A stretch of DNA of 63,998 nt, counting the filler, from Octopus bimaculoides (taxonomy: Eukaryota), in the NCBI RefSeq assembly GCF_001194135.2. It is 6 parts of 5 records of this genome, joined end to end, with 100 filler letters (N's around TTAATTAATTAA, not from the genome) between each part and the next. Parts side by side here need not be neighbours in the genome. Positions count along the whole stretch, not along the records: positions 40,045 to 49,921 come from NC_068995.1; positions 50,022 to 60,732 come from NC_068983.1; positions 60,833 to 62,837 come from NW_026305630.1; positions 62,938 to 63,998 come from NC_068987.1; 2 more parts are not named here. The stretch is one strand, 5' to 3'. Below the pieces are notes generated by a model. It saw only the letters and a program-made list of their open reading frames with translations. It ran no database searches and was not told where the DNA came from. Position numbers and translations under genes: made by a program. This document shows positions 49,596-63,135 of the stretch, one piece after another (the stretch's first letter is position 1; every line of letters starts with the position of its first letter).

Positions 49596-49921
49596 ATTAT
49601 TATTATTACTATTATTCAGTAGTTTTATTTTTATAACGTGCTTTCACTTCACTACCGAGCGCAGCTCTGTGCGCCTTGGGTATGTGCTGTGGTTTGCTGT
49701 GGTGCTCTTATGTTTACTGTATTGAAAGTGTTTTGCGTATAATGTGTGCAGTACCCAGTAGTGCAATTTTCTGTATGTTATATATATTTGTAAGTCCTGG
49801 TGTTTTTGTTATGTATTTGTCTGAATATTTTTTTATTATACCTAAGGCACCTACTATGATAGGAATTGTTTCTGTTTTTAGATTCCACATTCGAGTTATC
49901 TCTATTTCCAGGTCTTTGTAT

Positions 49922-50021
49922 NNNNNNNNNNNNNNNNNNNNNNNNNNNNNNNNNNNNNNNNNNNNTTAATTAATTAANNNNNNNNNNNNNNNNNNNNNNN
50001 NNNNNNNNNNNNNNNNNNNNN
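49922..50021. other. Artificial scaffold linker N44-TTAATTAATTAA-N44
   Basis: 12-mer at 49966-49977 with 44 N on each side. Confidence 0.97.
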
Positions 50022-50096
<75 letters not shown>

Positions 50097-50293
50097 CTAT
50101 GTATATATATATATGCATGTGTACATACATGCATGTGTGTATTGTAGTATTGTATTAGTACATATGTACATGGAGCTATACACACACCCGCGCACACACA
50201 CACTCACACATGCACACACAAACATATATATATGTACAATTCCTCTATAATCATAATTTGATTTTTATTGGTGCTATGTCATGTTCGATGCAT

Positions 50294-50407
50294 TTCTTCT
50301 TCTTCTTCTTCTTCTTCTTCTTCTTCTTCTTCTTCTTCTTCTTCTTCTTCTTCTTCTTCTTCTTCTTCTTCTTCTTCTTCTTCTTCTTCTTCTTCTTCTT
50401 CTTCTTC
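50294..50407. repeat. (TTC)n microsatellite
   Basis: Perfect trinucleotide run. Confidence 0.97.
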
Positions 50408-50726
50408 ATTTGTGAGGAAGTGACGTTGTGCCTGTAGCCATTTCCGTCTCTTCTAGAGAATAGAATAAATGTTTGTTTGGCACAATTTATGCAATTAATC
50501 TTTAAGTTGTTATTGATGCTGAGGCTAGAATGTAGAGAGGAAATAAATAGCGGTGACGATGCTGCAGGTGGGTAGAAATTGTAGAGGAAGCGTCGAAGAA
50601 GTAATCAAAGAATTTTTTTCTTTTCTTGTGTGTTATCATCGACAACGACGGGCGACGAAGTAATAGAAATATATATAGGCGCAAGAGTGGCTGTGTGGTA
50701 AGTAGCTTGCTTACCAACCACATGGT

Positions 50727-51580
50727 TACAAGAGCCATGTATGACAGTGCAGAGTCTTACTGAAACACATATGTCCTTCCATTGCATACACTGTCTATCC
50801 AGGGCTTAACAATTATTTCCTGGACCTCAATGTAGGCGGCAGAGTTAACTCTAAGGCCTTGTGGAAAGAGATAAGGAGGCATCACATGTCCTTCATTAAA
50901 ACCATGACAGTTGCAGGAAATTCTGTATGTATAACACTTAGAACTTCAGAAGGGTCTGCACATAACCATTTGTCATTTCTTCAGTTAACTTTTTGATCTT
51001 GTTCGAAGTTTTTCTCATTTGAGAAAAACCAAATCAAATCTTCTGCTGGATTTCTCACTTTGTTTAAGAGCCTTTTAGATCTGATGTAGGGATTTTCCTT
51101 TTATTTTTTGGACAAATTGACCTTATCATATAAGACTTATATCTGATGTTTTCGTGGACAACATTTCTAACTGTTCCTTGACACATGGAGATCTTTTGCA
51201 ATTGACATCGTGGAGTTTCTGGGATTGTAATCAACGGTCTGTTAAACTAGCTGGATAAATTCAGGTGTCCTGATGATTTCAGGGTGTTAAGAATGCTCTT
51301 TATGCTTTGATACTGGTGATACGTTTCCATCTTCAGTTTCTAGCTCCTTACAAACTTTGCAGATGAAAGATCTGGCAACTTTTAAAAAGGGAGATATTTC
51401 TAAATTACTATGCTCAGCCTTTATAACCACAATAACATTCCTCTTCATTTCTTGAGTAAGCTGAGGGTCTGCCATTATTATTTTCTGAAACAAAGATTAT
51501 ATAGAGTTAGTAAAAAATACAGCAATGCCCCCCCCCCCCAAAAAAAAAAATATGTGCTCAAATACCTTACACACCCAGTA
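50727..51580 (-). pseudogene. Tc1/mariner transposase pseudogene with 5' TIR, 3' part deleted
   Basis: Minus strand: TA|TACTGGGTGT end at 51580; N-terminal HTH KRNVIVVIKAEHSNLEISPFLKVARSFICKV. Further motifs: VHENIRYKSY, WFFSNEKNF (first catalytic D mutated), FPATVMV, HVMPPYLFPQGLRVN, VKPWID...YVFQ*DSA. Multiple stops and frameshifts. Confidence 0.85.
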
Positions 51581-52525
51581 TATATAATGTAGAGAGCAAG
51601 TATGTTGCGGAGATGGTGCAGACATGTGCACATTGTGAAGAAAGCGTCGAAGAAGTGACAAAAGTAAAGAGCAGAACAAGAAAGCATTGGCTCATGTAGA
51701 ATATAATGAAGAGAAAAGAGAGTGGACACAGCGAATACACAGAAAATTGTTTGGATTGAGATAGACAACGAAAGCAGATATTATGTGCGTGTGTATGTGT
51801 ATGTTTTTGTGCGTTTGTGCATATGTGTGCGCGTGTGTGGAACTTAAGTGAGAAACGTAATCACATTTGTGTGAATATGAACACTGAACAACGATGCACA
51901 TAGACATACTTGCTCGCAAACATTCATGTATACGTACATTTATATATATATATAGTGTATATGAATGTACACGTACCTGGATGTTTGTGTGTGCATATGT
52001 ACACACATACACACATATATATGAAAAAGGATACACACACACACGCACACATATATTCGTAGTTTCTTGGTAACTAGAGCAAGATAGCTGCGTTTTAAGC
52101 TGACAAAGGAAAAAGTTGTGTATGAAGAGAATAGAGAAAGATAGAAGGTACCCTGAGGGACGACAAAACCTAGACTTATATATACAAAGACAGTTATGAC
52201 CTTAATGTGGCACATCTATTTACCTACACACCTTATTTAACCCCAAAGAATAGCAAAATTCACACATCATACCAAAATAAATCTCTTCACCGACTTTGCT
52301 ATCGACCCTTTGCTATAATGTCGCTGTATATTTTTGCATTTGTAAACAGGTATGCTGCATTGTATCATTTTCACCCTCAATTTAATGACTGGGTGAAATA
52401 AAGATCGATAACATTAGGAGCAAACTGAATGAAATAGTAGAGGTGATATGATTGGCTAAAACACTTGCTATAGACGCCCCAGCATTGCCACTGCCTAATC
52501 ACTGAAAGCAGTAAATATATGTAAA

Positions 52526-52573
<48 letters not shown>

Positions 52574-53742
52574 TGTGTGTGTGCGTGTTTATGAGTTTAC
52601 GTATAATACATACATGTGGGTATGCAAGTATTTAGAAATGTCTGAATTATACAAACACGCATGCACGCACACACACACACACACACACATACATACACAC
52701 ATACACACACACAAACACAAGTGAATGAATAAACAAAAGATGGCAGTCCTCAATGCATTTTGTGGTAGGAGTTACGTATATTCTTTGCAACTGTTTGACT
52801 CAGTTTCACATGAATTAAAGTTTCGTGAGCGTGTAGGACACCTTTGTCTCATCAGATTCTAGGAGCAACTAGCAATCAAGCGACTCCCAATATACCAATA
52901 TACCACATACAAAGAAATTATATGGTCACATTCGAAATATCATCAAGATGTTTTAATAACCATCTATGTTGTCAGCAGCTGTTGAACTCAAGACAGTTGC
53001 TAATTCAATCAGGCAATATATATAGAAGTTGTTCACACTACGCGGAGTTAATATATAATTTGAATGGAAATAGATAAATGATAGAATTAATATATAATTT
53101 GAAGGAAAACAGATAAATGATACACACATACAAACATACACTAGACACATCTACCATCAGTTTTGTGCAGTTCGTAATTAAAACTAGTTCTAGTTCTCAC
53201 AATTATTCTTATCAATCTTCCTTTATTCTCATTGGTTCCCCCACTCTAAAGTCTAGTATGTTTTTTTGGTATTTTACTTCCTTTCTGCTTTTCGTTCTAA
53301 TTAAAAACATCCCACACACCATTCTATCTTGTTTTCTTCATTTTTATTAATTTTCTTCCTTCTATACTTCCTTATGTCTTTCCCGGTCATGGCTATTTCA
53401 ATATTTTCGCATTGTTTCCTCACTCCACTCTCTTGTTTCCGACACACTCGGAATAGAAAAACTGAATGCTAGAAAAGAAGGATAAAAAGGAAATTATGTC
53501 AGTGTGGGGGAGAGAGAGAGACAAAAAGAGAGATACAGAGGAATAATCGCGGAAGAGTTCACACCTTGCTTGATAACAAAGATCAGATTTTCCCTCTAAG
53601 CATAATATAGAATATTAAATAAATTTAATTTTAATTGTATAAAATATAACATTTGAGGCACATGGGAAAAAGCATTTCTTACTTCTTCCTTGCTTTCCAT
53701 ATATATACATACTGGAAGAGAAAAATATATAAATATGTATGC

Positions 53743-53743
53743 A

Positions 53744-53818
<75 letters not shown>

Positions 53819-53840
53819 TTCTCTCTCTCTCTCTCTCTCT

Positions 53841-53878
<38 letters not shown>
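53743..53878. repeat. (TATC)n-(TC)n-(TA)n compound microsatellite
   Basis: Direct reading. Confidence 0.95.
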
Positions 53879-53880
<2 letters not shown>

Positions 53881-55019
53881 CAAGGGAAGAATAGTAAGAA
53901 CGGTCGGGTTTCTATAGATAGACTTATGTGTTTATTCACTTTTTCACTTCCTTACACATTTCCATTTTCCCTTTTGGTTTCCATTTTCTCTTCCTCTTTC
54001 TTTCTCTCTTTCTTTCCTTCTTCTTTTCCCAACTTTTTCCTTGACCTCTCTCTTCATTTTAACATACGCATCTCTTCTCCTCTCTCTATCCACTTAATAC
54101 TACAACTACATTCTCAAATTTTCATTCACTCCACAAGAACCATTTCAATGAACAGCACATGGAATATACGTCCCCACACTTTCCATTTGTGATGAAAAAT
54201 AGGAACTCCTATTGGAATTTACATACATTTTTATTTTTATTTCTATATTCATTCTCTTATTTCCCTATATACTCCATATTTGCTTCCTTTTCCAAAATAA
54301 CTCCTCATATTGAACTCTAATATTTCCCGTCTATTGAACCATCTCACATCGTCTCTGATGAAGGGATATTCCTAATATCGCAGAAACAGCTGTAAGACTA
54401 TATGTATATCTATATCTTTTTCCTTATAAATGTCCTGAAAACTCCTCACACCCTCGATTTTGTTATCTCATTTTGTCTAATANNNNNNNNNNNNNNNNNN
54501 NNNNNNNNNNNNNNNNNNNNNNNNNNNNNNNNNNNNNNNNNNNNNNNNNNNNNNNNNNNNNNNNNNNNNNNNNNNNNNNNNNNNNNNNNNNNNNNNNNNN
54601 NNNNNNNNNNNNNNNNNNNNNNNNNNNNNNNNNNNNNNNNNNNNNNNNNNNNNNNNNNNNNNNNNNNNNNNNNNNNNNNNNNNNNNNNNNNNNNNNNNNN
54701 NNNNNNNNNNNNNNNNNNNNNNNNNNNNNNNNNNNNNNNNNNNNNNNNNNNNNNNNNNNNNNNNNNNNNNNNNNNNNNNNNNNNNNNNNNNNNNNNNNNN
54801 NNNNNNNNNNNNNNNNNNNNNNNNNNNNNNNNNNAAACAAGTAAAAAAACAAAAATATATGTGTGTGTATAAATGTGTTCGTGTGTGTTCGTGTGTGTGT
54901 ATATGAATGTATGTATATATTATGTGGATAAGTAGGGTAAAAACCTAATTGTTTCCTCTCGAAGTATATCTCCATATTTCTTTAATACAACCCGGTATAT
55001 AGTTGCTATTGTGGAGACA

Positions 55020-55360
55020 AAGTGGCCCAGTGGTTAGGGCAGCGGCCTCGCGGTCATAGGATCATGGTTTCGATTCCCAAACCGGGCGTTGTGAATGTTT
55101 ATTGAGCGAAAACACCTAAAGCTCCACGAGGCTCCGGTAGAGGATGGTGGCGAACCCTGGTGTACTCTTTCACCACAACTTCTTCCTGTTTCTGTTGTAC
55201 TTGTGTCACGCTGAATCCCTCGGAGAACTACGTGAAGGGTACACGTGGTCTGTGGAGTGCTCACCCACTTGCACGTTAATTTCACGCGCAGGTTGTTCCG
55301 TCAATTGTATCAACTGGAACCCACTTCGTCGTAACCAACGGAATGCTACGATAGTTGCAA
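55020..55360 (+). mobile_element. tRNA-derived SINE (third family)
   Basis: TGGCCCAGTGGTTAGGGC A-box and GGTTTCGATTCCC B-box, then TTGAGCGAAAACACCT as in 368-550. Confidence 0.7.
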
Positions 55361-55739
55361 GGTCAAAAATTCTGGAAAAATTGAGTTTATTTTATTATTA
55401 AATTCTCTGCCGGAAGAATTTCTACTACAAAATTTCGTACATGTCTATCTCACATGTAAATTTCCTATTAGCAAATGAAACATATGTAATGGTGAATAAA
55501 TGATACCAAAACATTTTCCAATTTCCTCTTTTGTCATATATATATATATGTATATATATATGTTTATTTATTCATAATGGCCACGTACTTACATGTGTTA
55601 TGTGTGTCTACGCTCACAAACCTACACACCTAACGCAGTTATCTGTTATGTTTTATCTTTTATCTTCCATTGGTTTCAGCCCAGAGCTGAGGCCATGCTG
55701 GTGCACCACCTGTAGTTACTCGGTGTTGTTTCCGGTATT

Positions 55740-55905
55740 GTCTTTAGTGAAGTAGCGAGTAAAACAGAGCTGCTCTTCTTTGTGTCTGCTGCCACGATGT
55801 GGGTTCATCTGGTGTCTCAGATAGAAGCCTGTACGGACGTTCCTTGAAAACTTCCACATTAACATTATGTAGATCTCTAAGGTTGCCTGGCAGGATGCTG
55901 GCCTT
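55740..55905 (-). mobile_element. LINE ORF2 extreme C-terminal fragment (CR1/L2-like)
   Basis: Minus frame SILPGNLRDLHNVNVEVFKERPYRLLSETPDEPTSWQQTQRRAA resembles the LPxxLRxL...FKxxLDxxL...PDEP end of such LINEs (recalled similarity). Confidence 0.45.
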
Positions 55906-56384
55906 TGAGGAAATTTTTTAACCAATTACCTCAAAATATATTTATTTACACTGACGTTACCCACTTGATATCAAAGGAAGAAAATCATAAATTCGTTGAA
56001 TTCAAACGGTTTATTGAATCTATTTCATCGAATCTATTTATATGAATCTATTTACACGTCCATTACATTGGACAGATGCAGTGTTGCCAGAAGAAACGTT
56101 TCTGTCATAACAAGGAACACATTTTTTAAAGTAATTTTACTTATGTCGAATGAGTTCTCATTATATATATATACATGTATAACCAAACATCTAAGGGCTA
56201 GTGCCTATCCAACATACTACTGGTAGTGTACCCAATTATTCATACCCAAATGCTGGTTATTGCGTGGCAATCTCGCAATCGTGTGTCATATATGGGCGTG
56301 GGGTAAAAGGTAGCTTACCCTTAATTTATGCGGCAAATATGTATGTATGAATGTATGGATGGATGGATGTATATATTTGTGTGT

Positions 56385-56590
56385 GTATGTCTGTGTTTGT
56401 CACCTACCGTCGCTTGATAACAAATGTCGGTATGTTTACGTCCCCGCAAGTTAGCGGTTCGGCAAGAGAAACCCATAAAATATGTACTAGGCTTACAAAG
56501 AAAATGTCCTGGCGTCGATTTGTTGGACTAAAGGCGGCGCTCCAGCATAGCCGCAGTCATATGACTGAAAGAAGTAAAAGAATAAAAGGA
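56385..56590 (+). mobile_element. SINE family B, 3' half
   Basis: TGTTTACGTCCCCGCAAGTTAGCGGTTCGGCAAGAGA...AAGGCGGCGCTCCAGCATAGCCGCAGTC. Confidence 0.78.
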
Positions 56591-56719
56591 TATAGGGTTT
56601 ATAAGTACCCGATATTTTAACTACGTTCAGTGTATGGTTATCTATAACTAAATGTCGACACATGCACGAAAACTCGAGATCAGCTGTAATCAGTGATGTT
56701 TGATGAGGGTGTACACACA

Positions 56720-56762
<43 letters not shown>

Positions 56763-58172
56763 GCACACACACACGAACACATATACATACACACACATAC
56801 ACACACACGCACACACTTATGTATATGTATATATGTAGGTATGTATATAAAGTAAATAGTAACAGACGGTCACGTTACCCATGGAAAGCAAGACTGAACG
56901 ATAACTACATGAAGGATGGGTATTTCATTGCAGAGATCGCTATGTCTACATGCTGATTACTTTAGACTGCTTTTATATAGTCCTTCGTCATTCTTTTCGA
57001 AGCTTCCTTTGCGCTTCCGTAATAGTAAGCCTATGTGCGCATGTTTAAAAATATTCATGCATATATGAATATATATGTACGTACTTTTAGACGTATATAT
57101 GTACACACATAGACACACACACATATATAATACGTTTTCTCTCTGTATCTTTGTAAACGCATATATGTATACATTTATATATATAGATATATATGTATGC
57201 ATATATATATATATATGTATNNNNNNNNNNNNNNNNNNNNNNNNNNNNNNNNNNNNNNNNNNNNNNNNNNNNNNNNNNNNNNNNNNNNNNNNNNNNNNNN
57301 NNNNNNNNNNNNNNNNNNNNNNNNNNNNNNNNNNNNNNNNNNNNNNNNNNNNNNNNNNNNNNNNNNNNNNNNNNNNNNNNNNNNNNNNNNNNNNNNNNNN
57401 NNNNNNNNNNNNNNNNNNNNNNNNNNNNNNNNNNNNNNNNNNNNNNNNNNNNNNNNNNNNNNNNNNNNNNNNNNNNNNNNNNNNNNNNNNNNNNNNNNNN
57501 NNNNNNNNNNNNNNNNNNNNNNNNNNNNNNNNNNNNNNNNNNNNNNNNNNNNNNNNNNNNNNNNNNNNNNNNNNNNNNNNNNNNNNNNNNNNNNNNNNNN
57601 NNNNNNNNNNNNNNNNNNNNNNNNNNNNNNNNNNNNNNNNNNNNNNNNNNNNNNNNNNNNNNNNNNNNNNNNNNNNNNNNNNNNNNNNNNNNNNNNNNNN
57701 NNNNNNNNNNNNNNNNNNNNNNNNNNNNNNNNNNNNNNNNNNNNNNNNNNNNNNNNNNNNNNNNNNNNNNNNNNNNNNNNNNNNNNNNNNNNNNNNNNNN
57801 NNNNNNNNNNNNNNNNNNNNNNNNNNNNNNNNNNNNNNNNNNNNNNNNNNNNNNNNNNNNNNNNNNNNNNNNNNNNNNNNNNNNNNNNNNNNNNNNNNNN
57901 NNNNNNNNNNNNNNNNNNNNNNNNNNNNNNNNNNNNNNNNNNNNNNNNNNNNNNNNNNNNNNNNNNNNNNNNNNNATACATATATCATCAGCAACAGGAT
58001 ATCAGGAAGCGATTCAGTACGACCGTTTCAAGCGACTCCATTTTATTGAACAATGCAATAATTTCATCAATTTAAATGCAGGGCTATCATCAGCTGCATA
58101 AATAAATAAATAGAATTTTAATCATTCGGACACTTTAATATAATTTTACACAAATACTTTTACAGAGCTCTG

Positions 58173-58238
<66 letters not shown>

Positions 58239-58319
58239 GTGCGCGCGCGCGCGTGTGTGTGTATGCATATATATGTATGTATGTATGTATATACATGACG
58301 AGCTTCTTCCAAACCCGCT

Positions 58320-58480
58320 CCCCCTTGACAGGTGAAACTCCGCGATGTACAAACAGTACTGTACTGTATATTTTAAAAAAATTATTTTTATAATTTGTAT
58401 ATATCTAACCACGGAGTAATCGACGGAAGCTTGAATAATAAACCACGATAGGTGAACCGCGATATGGCATGGGATTACTG
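58320..58480. mobile_element. Tigger/pogo-like MITE end fragment
   Basis: Minus strand TA|CAGTAATCCCATGCCATATCGCGGTTCACCTATCGTGG resembles Tigger-type termini; only one end visible. Confidence 0.45.
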
Positions 58481-58691
58481 TATATATAAAAAAGAAGAGG
58501 GATGAAAATTGTCCCCACAATTTGTGCCCTTTTATTTCCTCGTTTGGCTGGGTATCTTTAACACATGTGCACGAATTGGCTGCTGTGTCGTCTCCGTGTC
58601 AACTACTCTCACCGAAGTCATCAATAACAGATACACGCATTCTTGTAATTATATTCACTCTGTATACAAATACATGTTGCACACGCATGCA

Positions 58692-58756
<65 letters not shown>

Positions 58757-58819
58757 GTCCGTCTGTCTGTCTATTCATCTTTCTGTCTGTATGCCTGTCT
58801 ATCTGTCTATCAGTTTGTT

Positions 58820-58858
<39 letters not shown>

Positions 58859-58885
58859 CTCTATCTCTCTATCTCTCTATCTATT
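58692..58885. repeat. (ATCT)n/(CT)n compound microsatellite
   Basis: Direct reading. Confidence 0.93.
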
Positions 58886-59641
58886 TATGTGTGTGCACGC
58901 TTGCTTGCGTAGGTGCGTGTGTACGTGTTTGGGTGCATTTTTGTGTCTCGGCGTTGGTGTTTGTCTTTTGACTGCTTGCCAACCGGTGTTGGTTTGTTTA
59001 CGCCACCCTAATTTAGCGGTTCTGTAAACAGAAGCGGATGCAAGAATTATCGGACTTAAATACTGGGATCGATTTATTCACCAAGTAATCCTATAAGGCG
59101 ATGCACCAGCATGGCCGCAAGTCCTTGACCCGAAACTAGTAAAAGACTACAAGCGTAAAATCACTACAAAAAAGCAAAAAAAAAAAAAAAAAAAGCGAGG
59201 ACCAGGTATTGGTCTTAAACTAGAATCTGATCTTTGGATCCTTCAATCGGTAGCCCGATTCTGTAACCGTTGGATCACCATGTTTATACACTTTCAAACC
59301 GATACACGAAAATAGAAGAAAAAAAGATGTTTAAACAAAACTGAGAAAAATGACAGAAGATACAAACATAAAGTGCTTTCATGGTAAAAAGATGATAGAG
59401 AAGCTTAGTCAGAGCTGTTCAAAATAAAAACTGGTCAATTATTTTCGTATTTGTCTCTTGTATCGCTTAGATTGTGGCATATACAGTGAAACCCACCCAA
59501 CCAATGGTCTCGTATAACCTTTCGTCTCCTAGATGACACTGACACGACGAGTAAGTGTTGCTTTTAAAATTTCAGATGGAAAAATAAAAATAAAATGTGA
59601 ACTACAACGAAAAACGAAACGTCTGATAGGAAATATATACG

Positions 59642-59678
<37 letters not shown>

Positions 59679-59829
59679 GTCATCGACAACGAAAAGATGA
59701 TGATTAAAACGGAGAATATCAATAACAAAATATATAAATTGAGTGTTATTTTATAACACCATGTCAATAAATAGATATATGTGCTTATATGTATGTTTTT
59801 GCATTTCCATGCATATATACATAAATACG

Positions 59830-59860
<31 letters not shown>

Positions 59861-60012
59861 NNNNNNNNNNNNNNNNNNNNNNNNNNNNNNNNNNNNNNNN
59901 NNNNNNNNNNNNNNNNNNNNNNNNNNNNNNNNNNNNNNNNNNNNNNNNNNNNNNNNNNNNNNNNNNNNNNNNNNNNNNATATATATATTTATATTTATAT
60001 ATATATACATAT

Positions 60013-60044
<32 letters not shown>

Positions 60045-60214
60045 GAATGTATATATATATAAATATGTGTGTGTGTGTGTGTGTGTGTGGATAAGCACAC
60101 GCACACACCTATACATAAATAATTATATATATGGGATTGTATGTGAATTGTATATTCGTATACATAAATATACAAACAGATATACATATATATATAAATA
60201 TAATATACAAACAG

Positions 60215-60245
<31 letters not shown>

Positions 60246-60732
60246 CGCGTGTGTGTGTGTGTTTATGTAGGTATGTGGTTATATATTTTATATACATACT
60301 CGTCTATACATGCACACACACGCACACACTCACACACTCTCTCACACACACACATATAAAAATTCTTCATGAGTATACACGTAAATATAATCCAGTCTGT
60401 GTATATACAGTTATATACACGCGCACATGTGCAATTATTGATATGGAAGTTCGCGAATATGATTAATCTTATACAACACACACACACACACATACACACA
60501 CATTTACGCATATTTATACTTGCATATGTATGCATGTATATATGTAATTACTGTTATGTAAATTTGCAAAGTTAATTAGTCCCATATGCACAAATATATT
60601 TACGCACAAACACATTCACACACACACTCACACACACACATACATAAGAACGTATGTGACTGTTTAAGCATATATATATGTCTATGTTAAAACAAGTGAG
60701 TGTATACATATATATATATATATATATATATA

Positions 60733-60832
60733 NNNNNNNNNNNNNNNNNNNNNNNNNNNNNNNNNNNNNNNNNNNNTTAATTAATTAANNNNNNNNNNNN
60801 NNNNNNNNNNNNNNNNNNNNNNNNNNNNNNNN
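60733..60832. other. Artificial scaffold linker N44-TTAATTAATTAA-N44
   Basis: 12-mer at 60777-60788 with 44 N on each side. Confidence 0.97.
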
Positions 60833-60879
<47 letters not shown>

Positions 60880-60880
<1 letters not shown>

Positions 60881-61010
60881 CGACGGGCTTCTTTCAGTTT
60901 TCATCTATCAAATCCACTCGCAAGCCTTTGGTCAGCCCAAGGCTATAGCAGAAGACACTTGCCCAAGGTTCCACGCAGTGGGCTGGAACCCTGAATTTAT
61001 GGTTGGGAAG
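60880..61010 (-). mobile_element. SINE family B, 5' half, reverse
   Basis: CGACGGGCTTCTTTCAGTTT...GAAGACACTTGCCCAAGG. Confidence 0.78.
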
Positions 61011-61639
61011 TAACGCCTATAGTGAGTAGTATTACTAGCTTTAAGCTACACGTTATCTCTGACTTAATACTTATCTCTAACTGAATAGTTTTCTTTAACT
61101 TCATGCAATAAAGTTATTCCGTGATAATTCATCGTAGATGAACACCTAAACGCACTTGGAACACCAATTACAGGGTGAAACACCTATCTTTTTTTTCTTT
61201 TTTCGCCCTTTCAAAGCCTAGCCAGGCTCATGGGCCCGGTTTCCCGGTTTCTATGGCGTATGTGTTCTTTTAGAGAACTTAGAAAAACTGTAGCACTGCT
61301 GCAATAAGATGTGAACCATAATTAACTGATTCTCCTGTAGTTTCTTTGGTTAAATTAAACAAGTGACTAAATACAGTTTCTATTTACGGGAATAAATAAA
61401 TTCCGAATGTGGTGGTGGTGGTGGTGGTGGTGGTGGTTGATGAGACAGAATGAATTATGACAAGTAGAGAGGTTTGGGTAAATACTTTCAAAACACCACG
61501 ACTACACACACTATGCACATTACATAGACACGGACATGCATAATACACACATATCACACACACACACACGTATACAGAGATATACATACATACTATATAT
61601 ATATTTGCTTGTATATAAATGTATGAGTGTATATATATT

Positions 61640-61670
<31 letters not shown>

Positions 61671-62311
61671 ATATATATGTGTGTGTATGTATGTGTGTGT
61701 GTACACNNNNNNNNNNNNNNNNNNNNNNNNNNNNNNNNNNNNNNNNNNNNNNNNNNNNNNNNNNNNNNNNNNNNNNNNNNNNNNNNNNNNNNNNNNNNNN
61801 NNNNNNNNNNNNNNNNNNNNNNNNNNNNNNNNNNNNNNNNNNNNNNNNNNNNNNNNNNNNNNNNNNNNNNNNNNNNNNNNNNNNNNNNNNNNNNNNNNNN
61901 NNNNNNNNNNNNNNNNNNNNNNNNNNNNNNNNNNNNNNNNNNNNNNNNNNNNNNNNNNNNNNNNNNNNNNNNNNNNNNNNNNNNNNNNNNNNNNNNNNNN
62001 NNNNNNNNNNNNNNNNNNNNNNNNNNNNNNNNNNNNNNNNNNNNNNNNNNNNNNNNNNNNNNNNNNNNNNNNNNNNNNNNNNNNNNNNNNNNNNNNNNNN
62101 NNNNNNNNNNNNNNNNNNNNNNNNNNNNNNNNNNNNNNNNNNNNNNNCACACACACACACACACACACACACACTTATGTAACCGCTCGCGCCAGCCGTG
62201 CTTCATTCGTTTTTACCGTATTTCCGAACCGCCAATGCTTCTTTGATCTATTCATTCATTTAGTGTTTTCTGTTGGGGTGTGCAGTATGTGTTGCTCTTT
62301 CTCTCTCTCTA

Positions 62312-62353
<42 letters not shown>

Positions 62354-62837
62354 CCTATCTCTTTTTCTCTGTTTCGTTCTCTCGTTCTCTCTATCACTCT
62401 CACCTCATTCTGCATCATATATATACATACACACACACACATATATATATATATATCTGTGCAACCTGATTATCCAGAAGAGAAACCAAGATTAAAAGGA
62501 ATGGTGATAATAATGATGATGATGATGATCATCATCATCATCATCATTACCACAATCATCGTCGTCGTCGTTGTTGTCGTCATTATCCTCCTCCTCCTAC
62601 ACCTTCCCCTCCTCCTCCTCCCCATCGTCGTCGTTGTTGTCGCCACAATACGTCCCTCCTCCTCCTTCCCTGCCTCGTCGTCGTCGTCGTCGCCGTCTTC
62701 ATCCTCATTATCAACATCCCCGGAATGGAAAACAAATAAAACCAAAATAGATTAAAACTGATCTTAAATTATACAAAAATAGGGCTAAAAACATTCACTG
62801 ACCATTTCCCATACGTACACACACACACACACACACA

Positions 62838-62937
62838 NNNNNNNNNNNNNNNNNNNNNNNNNNNNNNNNNNNNNNNNNNNNTTAATTAATTAANNNNNNN
62901 NNNNNNNNNNNNNNNNNNNNNNNNNNNNNNNNNNNNN
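62838..62937. other. Artificial scaffold linker N44-TTAATTAATTAA-N44
   Basis: 12-mer at 62882-62893 with 44 N on each side. Confidence 0.97.
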
Positions 62938-63087
62938 ACACACATACACACACAGACACACACTCACATGCCCACAGATCTCCTCATTTTCTTCCTCTAC
63001 ATTTCTACTTGTCGTTCTATCTCCTCTCTCTCTCTTTCTTTCTCTCTTTTTCTCTCTCTCTCTCTCTCCCCTCTCACTCTGTTTCTC

Positions 63088-63135
<48 letters not shown>

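Noticed and set aside
368-55360. tRNA genes suggested by A/B boxes at 368, 27741, 35677 and 55020
   Set aside because: The tRNA-like heads continue into shared non-tRNA bodies and tails and lack a complete cloverleaf; they are SINEs.
22639-62469. Long X-containing ORFs (e.g. 22639-23520, 42571-43557, 56957-58101, 61384-62469)
   Set aside because: Artefacts of translating N gaps and adjoining microsatellites.
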